In this document: positions 26,885-41,963 of the stretch, piece by piece
Layout of the letters: every line of letters begins with the position of its first letter
Numbering within the stretch: the first letter of the stretch is position 1
Source of the DNA: Octopus vulgaris
Lineage: Eukaryota
Length of the DNA stretch: 64,000 nt
Direction: 5' to 3'
NCBI GenBank assembly: GCA_951406725.2
Contig: OX597826.1
Coordinates: forward strand, 80,228,001 to 80,292,000
Made by a program: the position numbers and the translations under genes
Notes under the pieces: model-generated
What the model was told of the DNA's origin: nothing
Seen by the model: only the letters and a program-made list of their open reading frames with translations
The model's database searches: none

Positions 26885-27220
26885 TCTAGTTTCACTAACG
26901 AGTGCCCCGGGACTTAATTGAGCCCCTAGCTCTTTGTGTACTTATCGAACACAAGCGGAGCTTTCGGTAGGGTCTGCTTGCAGCTTGTGTCGACCTCCTC
27001 AAGGCATTTGATTCGGTCGACAAGGATGTGATTTGAAGGATTCTGTTACTTCGTGGTATGCATCCTCAACTGATCGGGCTAATGGTCTCCTACACTGGGA
27101 CAATCAGTGCAGTTCAGAATCGGGGCTCAACATCTGATTTTTACCCAGTTTGAGATGGGATTCGTCAAGGATGGATCTTGGCTCCTACTCTCTTCAATGC
27201 CTATCTGGATTGACATTTGA
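26885..27220 (+). pseudogene. RTE-like LINE reverse transcriptase fragment
   Basis: Translation gives VDLLKAFDSVD (motif A) and GIRQGWILAPTLFNAYLD (motif B'), with stops and frameshifts. Confidence 0.85.
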
Positions 27221-27462
27221 TTAGTTTCCTGTAAAATATTTTGGTTTACCTGTAGCGTGGATGAAAATGGTATGAGTTTAGCTTGAGGAATTCGCTGGCT
27301 ACTTTGGCATTAGCAGGATTCAGAACAAAATTATACCACAAGAACCGTCTGTTGTGTCAACATAGCACTTACAAGCAATTACTCTATTATGTCATTAACT
27401 CTCCAATCGCTACTCTCCATCCTACTCCACACTCCATCCTACTCATTCTCCAGTCTTACATA

Positions 27463-27501
<39 letters not shown>

Positions 27502-28007
27502 TTCATACGTAACTTTTCAAATAATATATCTCTCCCTCTTACACACACATATAGATATGACACACAGCCTTCCACATATATGATTTCCCACTTTCATACT
27601 CACAGCTACGCACACACACACACACATTCACATACGCACACTCTCTTACAATTCGTCCACCCAACGCGCTGGTCTCCGCTAGAAACCACTTACGCCTACT
27701 TTCATTCTCTCATTATTCGCCATGACGCTGCTTCCTTACACAAACGTAGGTTCTTTTCCTTCGTTTTGTTTGCTTTTTTCTTTCTTCTTTTTCCTACATA
27801 CACTCCCCACGTATTCTCTTTTATCTCTCATACCAAACTGACCGAAACGTCGATATTTCTTCTTTTTCTTCGAAGCTAACACGCTGAATTTTCAATTTTT
27901 TTTTTTTACCATTTTTTTTTTTATTCTTTTCCTCTGTACTTATTTGTTGTTTTTGCTCGTCAGTAGCTTTCTGCAAAGCTGTATCACGCTAACGCCAATC
28001 AAACCCA

Positions 28008-28097
<90 letters not shown>

Positions 28098-28189
28098 GGA
28101 GAGAAGAGAGAGAGAGAAAAGAGAGGGACAGACAGAGAGGGGGAAAGGATAGAGGGAAGGAGGAAGGAGGAAGAGAGAGAACTATAAAT

Positions 28190-28221
<32 letters not shown>

Positions 28222-28400
28222 CACACACACACCTCTTTCTATATGTGTGTGTGTGTGTATCCTTAAATACATAATACATCTACAATATCATCAGAATTAT
28301 CTCACGCTTAACTCGCGTATCTATTCGAGTGTGAAACACTGGGTACGGTCTGGGCTGAGATTCCACTGACTGTGTGTAATAAATGTATTTCTGTAAGTCT

Positions 28401-29200
<800 letters not shown>

Positions 29201-29343
29201 GCGATGGTGATATTTTTAGGAAAAATATTTTCCTAAAACTAGCCACGAGCAGCGTCCCAGTCGTACGACAAATACTAAATAACTAAACCAGTGAGAACAA
29301 CAGCAACAACAACAATATCGTTAACAATACATAACATATATGG

Positions 29344-29385
<42 letters not shown>

Positions 29386-30299
29386 GCAACAACAGCAACA
29401 ACAACAACAACAGCAACAACATCAACAGCAACGATGAACGTGAGAAAAAGCATGGCATCCGGAACGACTGGAGTGAGCAAAACCAGCAACGGCAACAACA
29501 ACAACAACAACATATCTTACAAACACAACTCCTTCTTCCATAGAAACAACAGCAACAACAACAGCAGAATACGGGGGTTATTAGTTTGTGATTACATTTA
29601 CTTTATTTGCGGTTCCGTTGAAGAAAATCTAATAACTGGAAATGTCTTTGCAAGAAGTCTTCCAACAGAGACTGCTTCGGGCAGCGTCGTTCAATCACAT
29701 TCCACACACAAATTAAATTCATACGGAATAAATAAACATTGCATCATTTTTCCACGGCCATCGTCGTCACTACCACCACCACCACCACCACCGCCACCAT
29801 CGTCATCATCGTCATCATTATCATTAGCAACAACAGCAACGACGCTGACGACGGCAGCATCTTCAAGCAGCATTTCCATCCCCGTTGTCTTGGTTATCAT
29901 CCTAAAGTACCATCGTAGCTGGTGTCGGGGACATGTCTCCGTCGGTGTCCCCATCGTCGCCTTCATCGATATCATTACGTCGTTGCAATTGTGTTTTTAT
30001 TAATTTATATTTGATATAAATATAAATTCATTGTCCTGCGCCAAATATTTTTCTTTTTACCTTTTTCTAGTCGAAGGTCCATCTCTTTTCACATTTAATG
30101 GCAAATATAATCATTCTGCGTCGCATTTTGTGTGATGCATTCTAAATACTATCATCTGTTTTTCCCTGACCCTTCTTAGACTTCGCCAGTTGAGAATATA
30201 ATAATTGTCCCCCATTACAGGAACTGTTAGTCATACCAGCTTATTCCGTGCATTGTACTGTGATGTAACCTATGTGTCTATAAAATTGCTTTCAGATTT

Positions 30300-30500
30300 A
30301 GTCACAAGGCTGGCAATTACAAGAAAGCGGCCCAAGTTCATTACATCGACCCCAATGTTCCACTAGCACCTATTTTATCGACCCATACAGGATAAAAGGC
30401 AAAATCAACCTGGTTAGAATTTGAACTCAGAGTGTATAGACGGGCGAAATACCGCTAAGCCTTTTTCCCGGTGTGCAAACGATTCTGTCTGTTCGCTTCC
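30300..30500 (-). mobile_element. Nin/Deu-domain SINE, decayed
   Basis: TTTTATCGACCC...GGATAAAAGGCAAAATCAACC...AATTTGAACTCAGA...GAAATACCGCTAAGC. Confidence 0.75.
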
Positions 30501-31159
30501 TTCTTTGCTGTTTCTGTAATATTACCTCCGAATATTTCCATTTGTCTTCATTGTACACCGTCGAGTCCATTAATTATTTGGTGAAACTTTTATATCCCTG
30601 TTCAAGTTTGCAGCCTCTTTCCAACAAGAATTTCATATCGATTCCTCGAGGAATCCTGTGAGCTGTCTGTAACAGTATTTTCAATTTATTATAATTTGCA
30701 ATGTACGAGATAGCGTCGTCTCTGTACAAAAGATATTCTAAGTGTGTCCGATTCCAGTCTAGTTTTAGCCTGGCACTTAAGGAAGACTGACGCCAACAAT
30801 GCACAAACAGTTGTCGAGAAGCTGAATCTAATATTCATCTTCTAATAGCGAGAGGATTTGTTATAATTTTTTTTCTTTTGTCTGTTTTTGTAGAATATCA
30901 TTTGTTCACAACGCATTTGGATGTACCAGCTTCTTATTGGCGCTCTACTTTTCATAGCATCGGTGGGACTAGATGGCGGGCTGGTGGGATAATACTGTGT
31001 ACTTGGAGTTCTGTAAACGGGGGAAGGTGGAAGGATACCAAGTGCGTGCATGTTCCTGTGTAGGTTTTTCTAACGTGTATCAGTGAAGAAAATAATCTGC
31101 GACGAGAAGCGAAAAAGAAAGAAAGCCTTTGGCACTCACTCGTTGATATCGAGTTCAAG

Positions 31160-31338
31160 TTTTGGCACAAGACCAGCAATTTAAAAGTGGGTCAAGACTG
31201 GTAATTTTATCGACTCCGAAAGGGTGAAAGGCAAAGTCGACCTCCGCGGCACTTAAACTCAGAATATAAAGGCGGACGAAATGCCACTGAGCAATTATCC
31301 TGCGTTCTAATGATTCTGCCAGCTCTCCGCCGCCCCCT
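31160..31338 (-). mobile_element. Nin/Deu-domain SINE, decayed
   Basis: TTTATCGACTCCGAAAGGGTGAAAGGCAAAGTCGACCTC...GATTCTGCCAGCTC. Confidence 0.75.
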
Positions 31339-32494
31339 TGCCATCATAGTCCTGTGGAACAGTGATTCGTTCATTAAAACCCTGTAACCAATGAGACAAT
31401 CGTTCACTTACAGAAGACTGGGATAGACTTTCAAATGCAATCTGGATTTATGTGAGGCGAGCCGAGAGTAGTGAGCGGTGGTGTGAAAGCCTCGCAAACC
31501 AACAGCAGAAAAAGGCCAGAATATTGTATATTATATACATATATATGTGTATATAAATCTGGCCTTTTTTGACGATAATAAGCGAATAGCGGCTGAAAAA
31601 GTTGGCATGGTTTTGTGGTCGAGTAAATAAGAAAAAAAGCTTACAACAAAAATATAATATGCACGGGAAGGACGACAGTAAGATCATGTCTGCTCCTCTC
31701 GCAGAGTGGTTCCATATGACTTTGGTGATTAACTTAGAACGATACTATGCGGATAAATATACTAATTAGGGAGTATGGTCTCAGAAACCTTGGAGTCCTT
31801 TGCTCTGTACCAGACGGTAGTTTTCCACCTGTTTTACGTCGTCATGGTTGCCTTGAGGCATCTTCTAAACAGCATTACCTATCAGGTTCTATAACAAACC
31901 ATGTATAGTCTGCAGCAGTATTTCTACTTACATAAATATTTGCTACATATAACATGAGACTGGCCATAAAATGTATTCTTCATTGTGCTACCATTGTATT
32001 TTTATTCGAATACAGTCCTCTTTATCATGTCAGTTGGTGCAAGTACCATTGTCATTCTATTTCTTGTTGTTGTTGCCCTTTTTAGTTATTTTTTATTATT
32101 TTCATTATTTTAATTATAACAGTTATTATCGATGTTATTGACGGTGATATTAGCTTTATTATAATTTTCACGGCGATCGTCAGCGTTTTAATTTGTTCCT
32201 CTCGTAATTTTTCGGAACATATCATTGGAAACCCAATCTTGTATTTCATATTTTACACACACACATACATACATACATACACATACGCGCACACATACAC
32301 ATACACACATATTCCTCAACATTCCACACACCACCACCAGTGTAGGAGTATAGTGTGCGGAGTATCTGACCTGTATTATTTCCTTTGTTCATAATCGGAA
32401 ACAAACATGCAAATATCTTCAGTTCAACCAACTCACACTTCCATACAGAACATGTGCATACGAATGTTCGTATGAATACACACATACATACATG

Positions 32495-32551
<57 letters not shown>

Positions 32552-32872
32552 ATATGCATACATATATGTGCATATATACATATATATATACATACAAGCA
32601 TACATGCATGTGTACATACATACATATATACACACACATACACACATACATACATAGTGCCATGTATATATATATATATAAACAGTTAGAGATTCCTTGC
32701 TCGTCATCTACACACACACACACACACATATAACCAATCTCTCCAACTATTTACTAATTTTCTTCCTTCTCTCTCTCTCTCTCACTCTCGCTCGTGTCCT
32801 TAGTCTATAAACCCATTTGCACATATTGCACATGTGTGCGTGAGAGAGAGAGAGAGAGAGAGTGAGAGAATA

Positions 32873-32909
<37 letters not shown>

Positions 32910-33250
32910 CTGTTTGGCCTTTTGAATACGATCAAAGGGCGCTTGTGTGCGCGAATGCTTTCATTATGGCCGTGCACGCATATAAATATGTATTTGTATG
33001 GATTTGTGTGTGCTTTCCCGTGGGAGTGTGTTGAATATTGTATAACACCCACACACACGCACAAGGACACAATCATGGACTCACACACGCATAAACACAC
33101 GTATGTACATTTGCATTTCTGTGTGTATGCATGTATTAGTTTATATATTACATTTTCTCTCTAGCAAGTACACAACGCACACGCAAACATATATATACTT
33201 TGATGTTAGTCAAAAGCTAAACTGGGTATGTGTGAGTGTGTGTGTGTTGA

Positions 33251-33298
<48 letters not shown>

Positions 33299-33733
33299 AA
33301 TCTCTCTATCTTTCTATAAATCTCTAGTCCCAGCAATGGTTTAGTAATCTGCAATCGTAAAACCATGGTTGCATTTCACTGCGTAAAATCATGGACAAAT
33401 ATATTTTGGGGTCGATCCGAGCTTTGTGAGAGAAAATGGATAGATGGAAACTGTGTGGAAGCCCGTTGGATGGATTCTACCCGTATTTCAATGACCCAGA
33501 TTTATTACATATTTTTCGGCTGATTAGGGATAAATATTTCAACGATAAATTTAACCGCTAAACTATTAAGTTGATATACAGGTAATATAGATGAACTAAT
33601 GTCATGCGAAATTTTGCTAAATTCTTGCGTTCCCCGAAACATTTAGCTGTGTCAAAAATATTGTTATAAGACTGAATATAACTGCTCAACGATTTTTTGA
33701 CACTCTATTTCAAAGTTTTCGAATTTCTCAGTG

Positions 33734-33835
33734 TTATACAGCGAGTAGAGTTGAAAATATTATACAGCGATTAGAGCTGAAAATATTATACAGCGATTAG
33801 AGCTGAAAATATTGTACAGCGATTAGAGCTGAAAA
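33734..33835. repeat. 26-bp minisatellite, about 4 copies
   Basis: Unit TACAGCGATTAGAGCTGAAAATATTA, head to tail with no spacers. Confidence 0.95.
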
Positions 33836-33885
33836 ATGAATCCCCTGCTGCATATAGATGACCTCTAACAGTACATAATCAATGA

Positions 33886-35160
33886 TAAAGACCTGGGACA
33901 TTTTACAAAGATAAATATGTGTACAATTTTAATTATGAAGGGAGGCTGATAACGCAAGATGATATAATTAGATCGCTGAGAGTTAATGTGTGATACGAGT
34001 ACCTGGGGGTTCTGCAGGGTGATGGAATAATGAGAAAGTCTCCAAAGCGTACAAAGTCAGGACAAGGAAGATATTCGAAACAAAACTAAATAAGGGGGCG
34101 TTAGCGAAGCAATAGATTCATAGGCCTTGCCGATTTGAAACATCCTGCTCCTTTTCTAAAGTGGACAAAGACAGACTTACTTGAACTAAATAGAACTAAG
34201 AAGCGATTCACAATGCACAATGCACGTCACCATAACAGTAATAGGCTCTAGTTACCAAGAAGGAAAGAAAACAGGGGTTTCTTTAACTCAGAAAATATCA
34301 GTGCTGTGATATTGGGTTTGAAAAAATATGTTGCGCGTAATAAAGAAATATGTTGCCAGTAGCCAAATATGTCAAGAATTAGTCATTGAATTAGTATGAG
34401 AAATCAAGAACCGAAGAAAGAACAAAAAGGACAAATAATTGTTAAGAGATGGAATTGCATGGCCAATTCTTGCAACAAACGGAAAATGTTGGAAGTGAAG
34501 AAAACTGGTTGTGGTTGACAGATGGAAACTTTAAATGAGACACCAAATTGATGATTATAGCCGCTCAAGAGACAAGGCATTATAACAAACTTGGCGGAGA
34601 CAGAACTCGATAGAACTTAAAGAGAGAAAACACAGAATCTGTGGAAAAGGGGACGAATTTCCCAGGTGCGAATGGTAAGCACAAATACAGTATAGGAGCA
34701 GGTATGGCTGTGTTGGTAAAAACATGCATTGGCAGGCAGGCAAATTTTGTGGATTCAGAGCGACAGAAAAGTGTTACGAACATGAGCCAGGGGTTGAAAT
34801 TATTAATGGTAATTTCAGGATTTTATAGGGTTTCTCCTTAAAGACTGACCATATTAAGGAAGCAAGATCAAATGAGATCGCAGAGGACAAAAATAAAACT
34901 ATGGAGGGATTGCCGAAGACAAAGGAGGAGATTATTTTTCCTGTGGCCACTAATGCAATAGGTACAACACCCAAACAACAACCTTAGAGGCTTCAAGGAT
35001 ATTGTAACTGAGACGCGGATTGTCGACCTCCCAAAAAATACGCTCCTGTATTTTGCAAGAATCTTAAGAAAGATTTTCGAGATTTGAGGAGACTTGTTAC
35101 CAAACGATTAGACAAACTTCCCTGATAATTAAATTAGCATCTAATTTTGAGTAATAGTAC
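33886..35160 (+). pseudogene. Decayed 3' portion of an R4/Dong-like non-LTR retrotransposon
   Basis: Remnant motifs YEYLGVL, LHGQFLQQ...WLWL...IIAAQE, KTDHI.EAR, PV...AIGTTPK and ARILRKIFEI*, then a short 3' UTR running into (TAA)n. Confidence 0.8.
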
Positions 35161-35204
35161 TATCGGTAACAAAAACAATAATATTGATAATAATAATAAT
35201 AATG

Positions 35205-35281
<77 letters not shown>

Positions 35282-35299
35282 TATTATATATATAATCAC

Positions 35300-35371
<72 letters not shown>

Positions 35372-35641
35372 CTGAGCTTGTTAAAACTAATGAGTCTACA
35401 GGTCTTCTAAGCAATTAGATATTGATATTCGAGTGCAGTTTTTGTTTTTGCTTCGTTTTGTTGTTGTTGTTGTGTGTTTTTTGTCTGTTCCTGCTGCCGA
35501 CCCATTCGTTGCCAGGCAGGAATGTATTGTCTTCAAGTGCATGTTTTTATATCTATTCACAGGCAAGCACTCACAGATGCGTACAGTATATACATACATA
35601 CATACATACATACATACATACATACATACATACATACAAAC

Positions 35642-35674
<33 letters not shown>

Positions 35675-35969
35675 ATGATATATATATATACATACAATAT
35701 ACAATACATAAACCAGATTTGCGCATGATGGTTATATATATGTGTGAGTGTGTGTGTGTGTGTGTGTTTGTATGTGTTTACGTGTGTGTGTGTGTGTGTG
35801 TATGTGTGTGTGTGTGTGTGCGTGCGTGCGTGTGTGGCCGTCCGTGTATCTATATAATCATTTTGCGCGGCTCTGGATTGTCTGAACTTTTGTTAATGTC
35901 AGAGAGAGACGGACAACGACGATCAGAGAATGAGAGAAAAAGAGAGAAGGTAGAAAGAGAAAGAGGGGG

Positions 35970-36052
<83 letters not shown>

Positions 36053-36064
36053 AGGAAAGAAGGA

Positions 36065-36140
<76 letters not shown>

Positions 36141-36209
36141 AGGAAAGAAGGTGAGAAAGAAAGAAAGAAAGAAGATAGAAAGAAAGAACGAAAGAAAGAA
36201 AGAAGGAAA

Positions 36210-36247
<38 letters not shown>

Positions 36248-36335
36248 AGGAAAGAAAGAAGGAAAGAAAGAAACAAAGAAAGGAAGACAGGCAGAAAGAA
36301 ATAAATAAATAAAGAAAGAAAGAAAGAAAGAAAGG
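35970..36335. repeat. (GAAA)n tetranucleotide array
   Basis: Direct reading. Confidence 0.95.
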
Positions 36336-36646
36336 AAAAGAGACAGAATAAGGAAAGAGAGATGCCGAAAAAAGTCGAAGTCATTTTTGTAGACTTGTTG
36401 ACCCGCGGCTTCACATTAAAAATAATTATGTCTATCATGCTTGAGTGTTTGTGTGTGCACGCATATATATGTGTGTAAGTAATAGGAGGACCATAGTGTT
36501 GGCATGTATACGCCAACCGTTGGCCACATACATACATACATTGTGTGTAGGTGTTCTTCGACCTCGCGGCCGTCCTGTGGATCATCATTTAGATACCCAA
36601 AAGTTTGCAGGCTAGATTTCTGAGAACGATTAGGAGTAGTATATAT

Positions 36647-36785
36647 AATTTTAAAGCTCTGACAAAGTTGTAAGGTGATGCACAAGCATCCAACTATGAG
36701 TGCATTGCATCCTATAGCAGAAACAGTTGTAAGCTAATGAAGGTCATTGCACAATTTCCAATCCCTTTGTCAGAGCTTTAAAATT
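36647..36785. repeat. Perfect 21-bp inverted repeat with 97-nt spacer
   Basis: AATTTTAAAGCTCTGACAAAG (36647-36667) / CTTTGTCAGAGCTTTAAAATT (36765-36785). Confidence 0.9.
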
Positions 36786-37102
36786 GTTATTTGCATTTGT
36801 GTACCATTTCTCCGTTTTTTTCCCGTCCTCTTTTCCGTATACATTCGCTGCTTTCTCCCAAGGAATCTAGTTCTCTTAGCTTAGAACTTCATTGGGGCCG
36901 GCCAGATTGGAGCAATCTCGAGTATAACCAGCCGAAATTACGAAGAAAATCTGGAACTCTACTGAGGAAAGAAAACTTCGAATGACCCGTCCGTGCTTTT
37001 TCTTGTCCCTTTCGTGTATCATCTGTCTGAATGTTTTGTTGTCCCTTTCTTGTATTCCCTTATGTGTGTGTGTGTGTGTATGTATGTAGGTATGTATGTA
37101 TG

Positions 37103-37149
<47 letters not shown>

Positions 37150-37201
37150 ATATGTATATATGTATGTATGCATGTATATATTATGTATTTATGTATGTAC
37201 G

Positions 37202-37235
<34 letters not shown>

Positions 37236-38373
37236 TGTATGTATGTATGTATGTATGTATGCATGTATGTATGTATATCGAACACACAAAAGTAAACAAG
37301 AGAGACAGAGACAGGCAGCTACAAGGAAAATGTCACTTGTATTTGAACACTATGCAAATATTCTTTTAAAAAAACTTTTCATTTAATTTTTCCAAAATCT
37401 AATTGTTTTCCATATTTATAGTTGAAAGAGTCTCAATGACCGAAACCGATACTGAAATGTTTGTTTTACAAACTTATTTTAGTATTTTCTACCTTGACTT
37501 TTTCCCCATATATACATGTGTGTGTGTGTGTGTGTATGTGTGTATGTGTGTGTGTGTGTGTGTGTAGGTACGTATGTACGTATGTATTTATGTATGTATG
37601 TATGTAAGTTTCAACAAGGAAAAGTTTGAAAGTGACATCGACGTTTCGTATTTCTTTCCTTCATTAGACATGTGAAAGCTTCAAAGATACAGTTAATCTT
37701 TTCCATCTAGATGTTAGTAAATATTCACTCAACTAAAATGTATTTGGTTATCCTTCAGTTTAATGCATAACTTGACCCAAGAGCCAAACATTAATGTATT
37801 TGTATTTGCATACATAGATACATACATACATACATACATACATACATACATACATACATACGCAAGTACATACATACTTCTTTCTCTATCAGCAAGGAAT
37901 CTTGAAATAAAACTGAACAAACACATACAACAAACACATACATACATACATACATACATACATACATACATACATACATACATACATACATACATACATT
38001 GCACATAAGTAAAAATGGGAACGGAAGAACGAACTTACCTGGAAGGTGATCCACTGCTGATTGTTGTTTCAACACAACACAGAACCAACAACATTAAGGC
38101 GAATGTATTCCATGTGTAGTATCCCATTCCCTCTCTTTCCTCTATGTTGGTCTTCAAAGACCTGCAAGATGGAAGGTTAAGATAATTATCCATTAATATA
38201 TTTTGATGCTATTTAATTTAATTTATAAAATATGGCGTCGTTGAATCACAGCACATGTCTCTACGTTGTTTGTATGAACACATACGACATACAGGCATCC
38301 GTATGTGCATGTGTGTGCATGTGTGTGTGTGTGTGTGTGTGCGTGTGTGTATTTGTGCTTGTGTATGTGAAGA

Positions 38374-38623
38374 GATGGCCTAGTGGGTATGCTGTTGCAC
38401 TCACGATCGCTAGATCGTGGGTTCGATTCAAAGAGCGGCTGGCATGTTGTGTTCTTGAGCAAGAAACTTAATTTCGCGTTGTTCCAGTCCTCTCTGCGAC
38501 GGATTAGCTTTTCGATCGGGAGGAATGTTAGCCTGCTTGTCTTGCCTAGGGGTGACATCATTCGAAATGTAAGATGGTGAAAAATGCATCGTGACTAGCG
38601 ATATGTCTGGTCGATCACGTGAT
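38374..38623 (+). mobile_element. tRNA-derived SINE, head type D (CORE-like), tail type 1
   Basis: TGGCCTAGTGG, GGGTTCGATTC and TTGTGTTCTTGAGCAAG. The tail ends CTGGTCGATCACGTGA, like 712-840. Confidence 0.75.
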
Positions 38624-39227
38624 GTATGTATGTATGTGTGTCTGTGTTTATGTATTTATATCTATATGTGTATTCAAATATACATATTTATCAGTGTATA
38701 CATATATATATATACATACATATGTATATGTATGTATGCATATGTGTGTGTCAGGGTTTATGGATTTATATCTATATGTATATATATTCATATATACATA
38801 TTTGTCTCTCTCTGTGTGCGTGTTTGCGCGCGTGTGTGTGTGCGAGAGTGTGTGTGTATGTCTGTGTGTGTCTAACAACAAGAACAGATAAAACAATAAG
38901 ATTAGAATAATTGAAGCCAAACAACTTTCGCTGCAGACAAAACTTCAGAAAAACTCCATCGTTGACTGCCAAACAAAATAACATCAAATACTAAACGACA
39001 TAATTAAAAGTGATGTTTGAAACTCAATGGTCACCAAATAAGCGTCCATTTTCTATATTTTCCTGCAAACCTTTCAAACTCCACGAACATATCTATCCAG
39101 ATCAATTATGGGGAAACCGACGGACCGCGGAATTTTCTGAATGACAAGTTTGCCTTCGATTTTTTTAGTAGTGAGGCCCGTATGATGATGGGTATTGTCA
39201 CATGTGGCCACATCTCACAGAGGTTGT

Positions 39228-39385
39228 CAGTGGCTGTGTGGTAAGGAGCTTGCATTCCAACGTCATGGTTCCGGGTTCAGTACTAGTGCGTGGCACCTTA
39301 GGTAATTGTTTTCTATTACAGCCCCGGTCCGACCAAAGCTTTGTGGCTGGGTTTGGTACACGTAAACTGAAAGAAGTACGTCGTA
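39228..39385 (+). mobile_element. CORE-domain SINE 5' half
   Basis: GTGGCTGTGTGGTAAG...CCGGGTTCAGT...GACCAAAGCTTTGTG...AACTGAAAGAAG. Confidence 0.8.
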
Positions 39386-41029
39386 AATATACATATATAT
39401 ATGTGTGTGTGTGTGTGTGTGTATGTGTCATAAGGATGTGTTATAATACTATTCCACAGCCACACCAACAATCCAACATGTCTTCATCATCAGCTGCCGC
39501 ACGGGTATCATTACGGTTTCGATTCATTCGACTAATATTTCTTGAAGGCGGTGCCCCATCATGGCCACAATTTATTGACCCAAAGAAGTAAAACATACAG
39601 ATTACCAGCCATGCTGATGCAAATTGTGTGTTGTCCATACATGGCCACCCCCGTCAATTGGCTATCATGCCACTTGGCTCTCATTTTCCAACCCACTTTT
39701 TTAAGGTTGCAGTGGCAACCAAGAAAAGAAGGACATGTGACGCCAAAATGAGAACGGGACTTTGAAATAACTTTGCGCATTGCGTGTATCAATGGGGGAA
39801 ATTGGTTAAGCAGCACCATCGGAGGCGATTTTGCTTTTTCGAAAAAGAAAAAAAGACATTACTTCCTCTTTGTATTTGCTTTGCAAGATTCTTCGCGTGA
39901 ATTGGTGTATTGAAGAAAATCTTGAGTCGTGGGAAGTTCATTACACTCAATAATGATAATATGCATGAGACTAATTCTGGGACAGACTCTAGGCAGAGCT
40001 TGAAAAAGTTGCGAATGGCGACTAAATGAGATTGACTAATGAACAACTGATTCATTGTCTAACCAGCACATTAAACAAACGATCGATTAGTCAATTAGTT
40101 AGATATCTAACCAATTGACTAACAACTAAGAAGTGGTATTGAACCATTGTGTGTGTTATTATTGGTATAATGACCCTCTCTAGACAAAACAAAGGTCATA
40201 TTTTCCAAACTGTAAATATATATCAACAAGAGAACATCATAAGGAAGTTACTCATAAGCACATAATTTAATGTGTTGTCTGTGTGTGTGTGTGCGTCTGT
40301 TTGCGCGCGCACTTGCGTATGTGTGTGTGTGCGTGCGTGTGTGTGTGTGCGCGCGCGTGCAAGTGGTAAACTTGGAAGAAAAGCTTACGTTCATTAGTCC
40401 TAAACATCCTCAACACAGTACAGTAGATTTCAACAAAGTGACATTTAAAAAAAAGACAAATGTCTACCGAAAACGTCGTTGCTGGATTAAATTTTAATGC
40501 ATAATTCGTAAACACTTTCATGTTGATAATTCCTCATCACACTTACTGATTTATGTTCCTGTTGATAATCGAAGTTAGTTGAGAAATCTAGTAAAGCGGG
40601 TGTCGAAAATCTTTGTTTTACTTGTCTAACTTCATTTATTATTTATTTCTTTGCATCCTCTTTGTCTCATAAGCCTCTTAGTTACACTTATTCGTGTGTT
40701 CATCGAATTTCTTTTTCTATCACCATTTAACGACTCAGATATATTGTAAACAGCCTGGAAACTGCGGTGACTCGTCTCGAGAAGGCATCTCGTATCGCTG
40801 TCAAGAGTTAAAAAACACAGAGTTATATCAGTAGCAGAGGAAAAGCGTTTCACAGCGGTAGCGGAATTGCTAAATACGCATTTCTGCATGATTGAGCGTC
40901 GTCAGTAGCAAACTTCTACTGGCAAGCGATTGTTAAGACAATTTTAAGATGCACTGATACAGAAAAACATAGATTAATCAATCACCGGTGGATGAATTGC
41001 GCTTATAACGAATACATTTACACATTCTT

Positions 41030-41252
41030 TTATTCTTTTATTCTCTTATTTATTTCCGTCATTTGACTACGGCTATGCTGGAGCACCAGCCTAGTGCTTA
41101 TTCTATCGATCTTTTTTGCCGACGACTCACAAAGCTTTGGTCGGCCCAAGGCTACTGAGGAAGACACCCACCTAAGGTGTCACGCAGTGGAACGGAACCC
41201 TGAAGCATGTGGTTGGTAAGCAAGCTACTTACCACACAGCCACTCCTGCGCC
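41030..41252 (-). mobile_element. CORE-domain SINE, internally deleted
   Basis: CTACTTACCACACAGCCACTCCTGCGCC head and GCTGGAGCACC tail. Confidence 0.8.
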
Positions 41253-41504
41253 TATTTAATCTTCTACATATACTTTTTCACGAGTTTCAAACAATGGACT
41301 GCAGCCATGCTGGAGACCCTACTTGACATGTTTGGTCCATCAGATAAACCCTATTTTCGGGCTGTTTCTTATTCACAGAGTCTCCTTCTGCCAAGTAGAT
41401 TGGTCATGCGTACTTCAACGAATCAACAGGAATTTAGACAAACATGGTGTCGCACGCACGCACGCATGATGAACACACACACACACACATATACATGTGT
41501 GTGA

Positions 41505-41553
<49 letters not shown>

Positions 41554-41564
41554 TGTGCATATGC

Positions 41565-41601
<37 letters not shown>

Positions 41602-41606
<5 letters not shown>

Positions 41607-41735
41607 CCATAAACATTCCTCTCTGTACAAGAGCGTAGGCTCGAAACGTCAAAGACTCTTCCATTTTCCCTGAGTGTCAAACTGTTTGTTGTTCCCTCAC
41701 GTGTCTCTTCTTTCTTTTTTGTACAATTTTGAACT
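41602..41735 (+). mobile_element. Penelope-like pLTR module with degenerate hammerhead motif (41619-41654)
   Basis: CTCT-CTGTACA-A-GAGC(GTAG)GCTC-GAAA-CGTC-AAAG. Same family as 56560-56737. Follows (TA)n. Confidence 0.6.
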
Positions 41736-41860
41736 ATATATGAATGTGTGCGTGCGTGTGTGTGCGCATGTATGTGTGTGTCTATGTATGCCCATATATA
41801 TATATTTATAGACATATACACATATACACATACACACACATACCTATATATGTATATATA

Positions 41861-41893
<33 letters not shown>

Positions 41894-41932
41894 ATATATA
41901 TATACGTATGTGTGTATATATATATTTGTGTG

Positions 41933-41963
<31 letters not shown>

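Noticed and set aside
30894-31000. Possible exon after a pyrimidine tract and AG, encoding signal-peptide-like MYQLLIGALLFIASVG
   Set aside because: In-frame stop follows within a few codons; no convincing donor site or partner exons.
33734-33835. CRISPR-like 26-bp repeats
   Set aside because: Head-to-tail with no spacers, no cas genes, eukaryotic context.
35422-36312. 296-aa ORF with KERK repeats
   Set aside because: Concatenated (TACA)n, (TG)n and (GAAA)n arrays.
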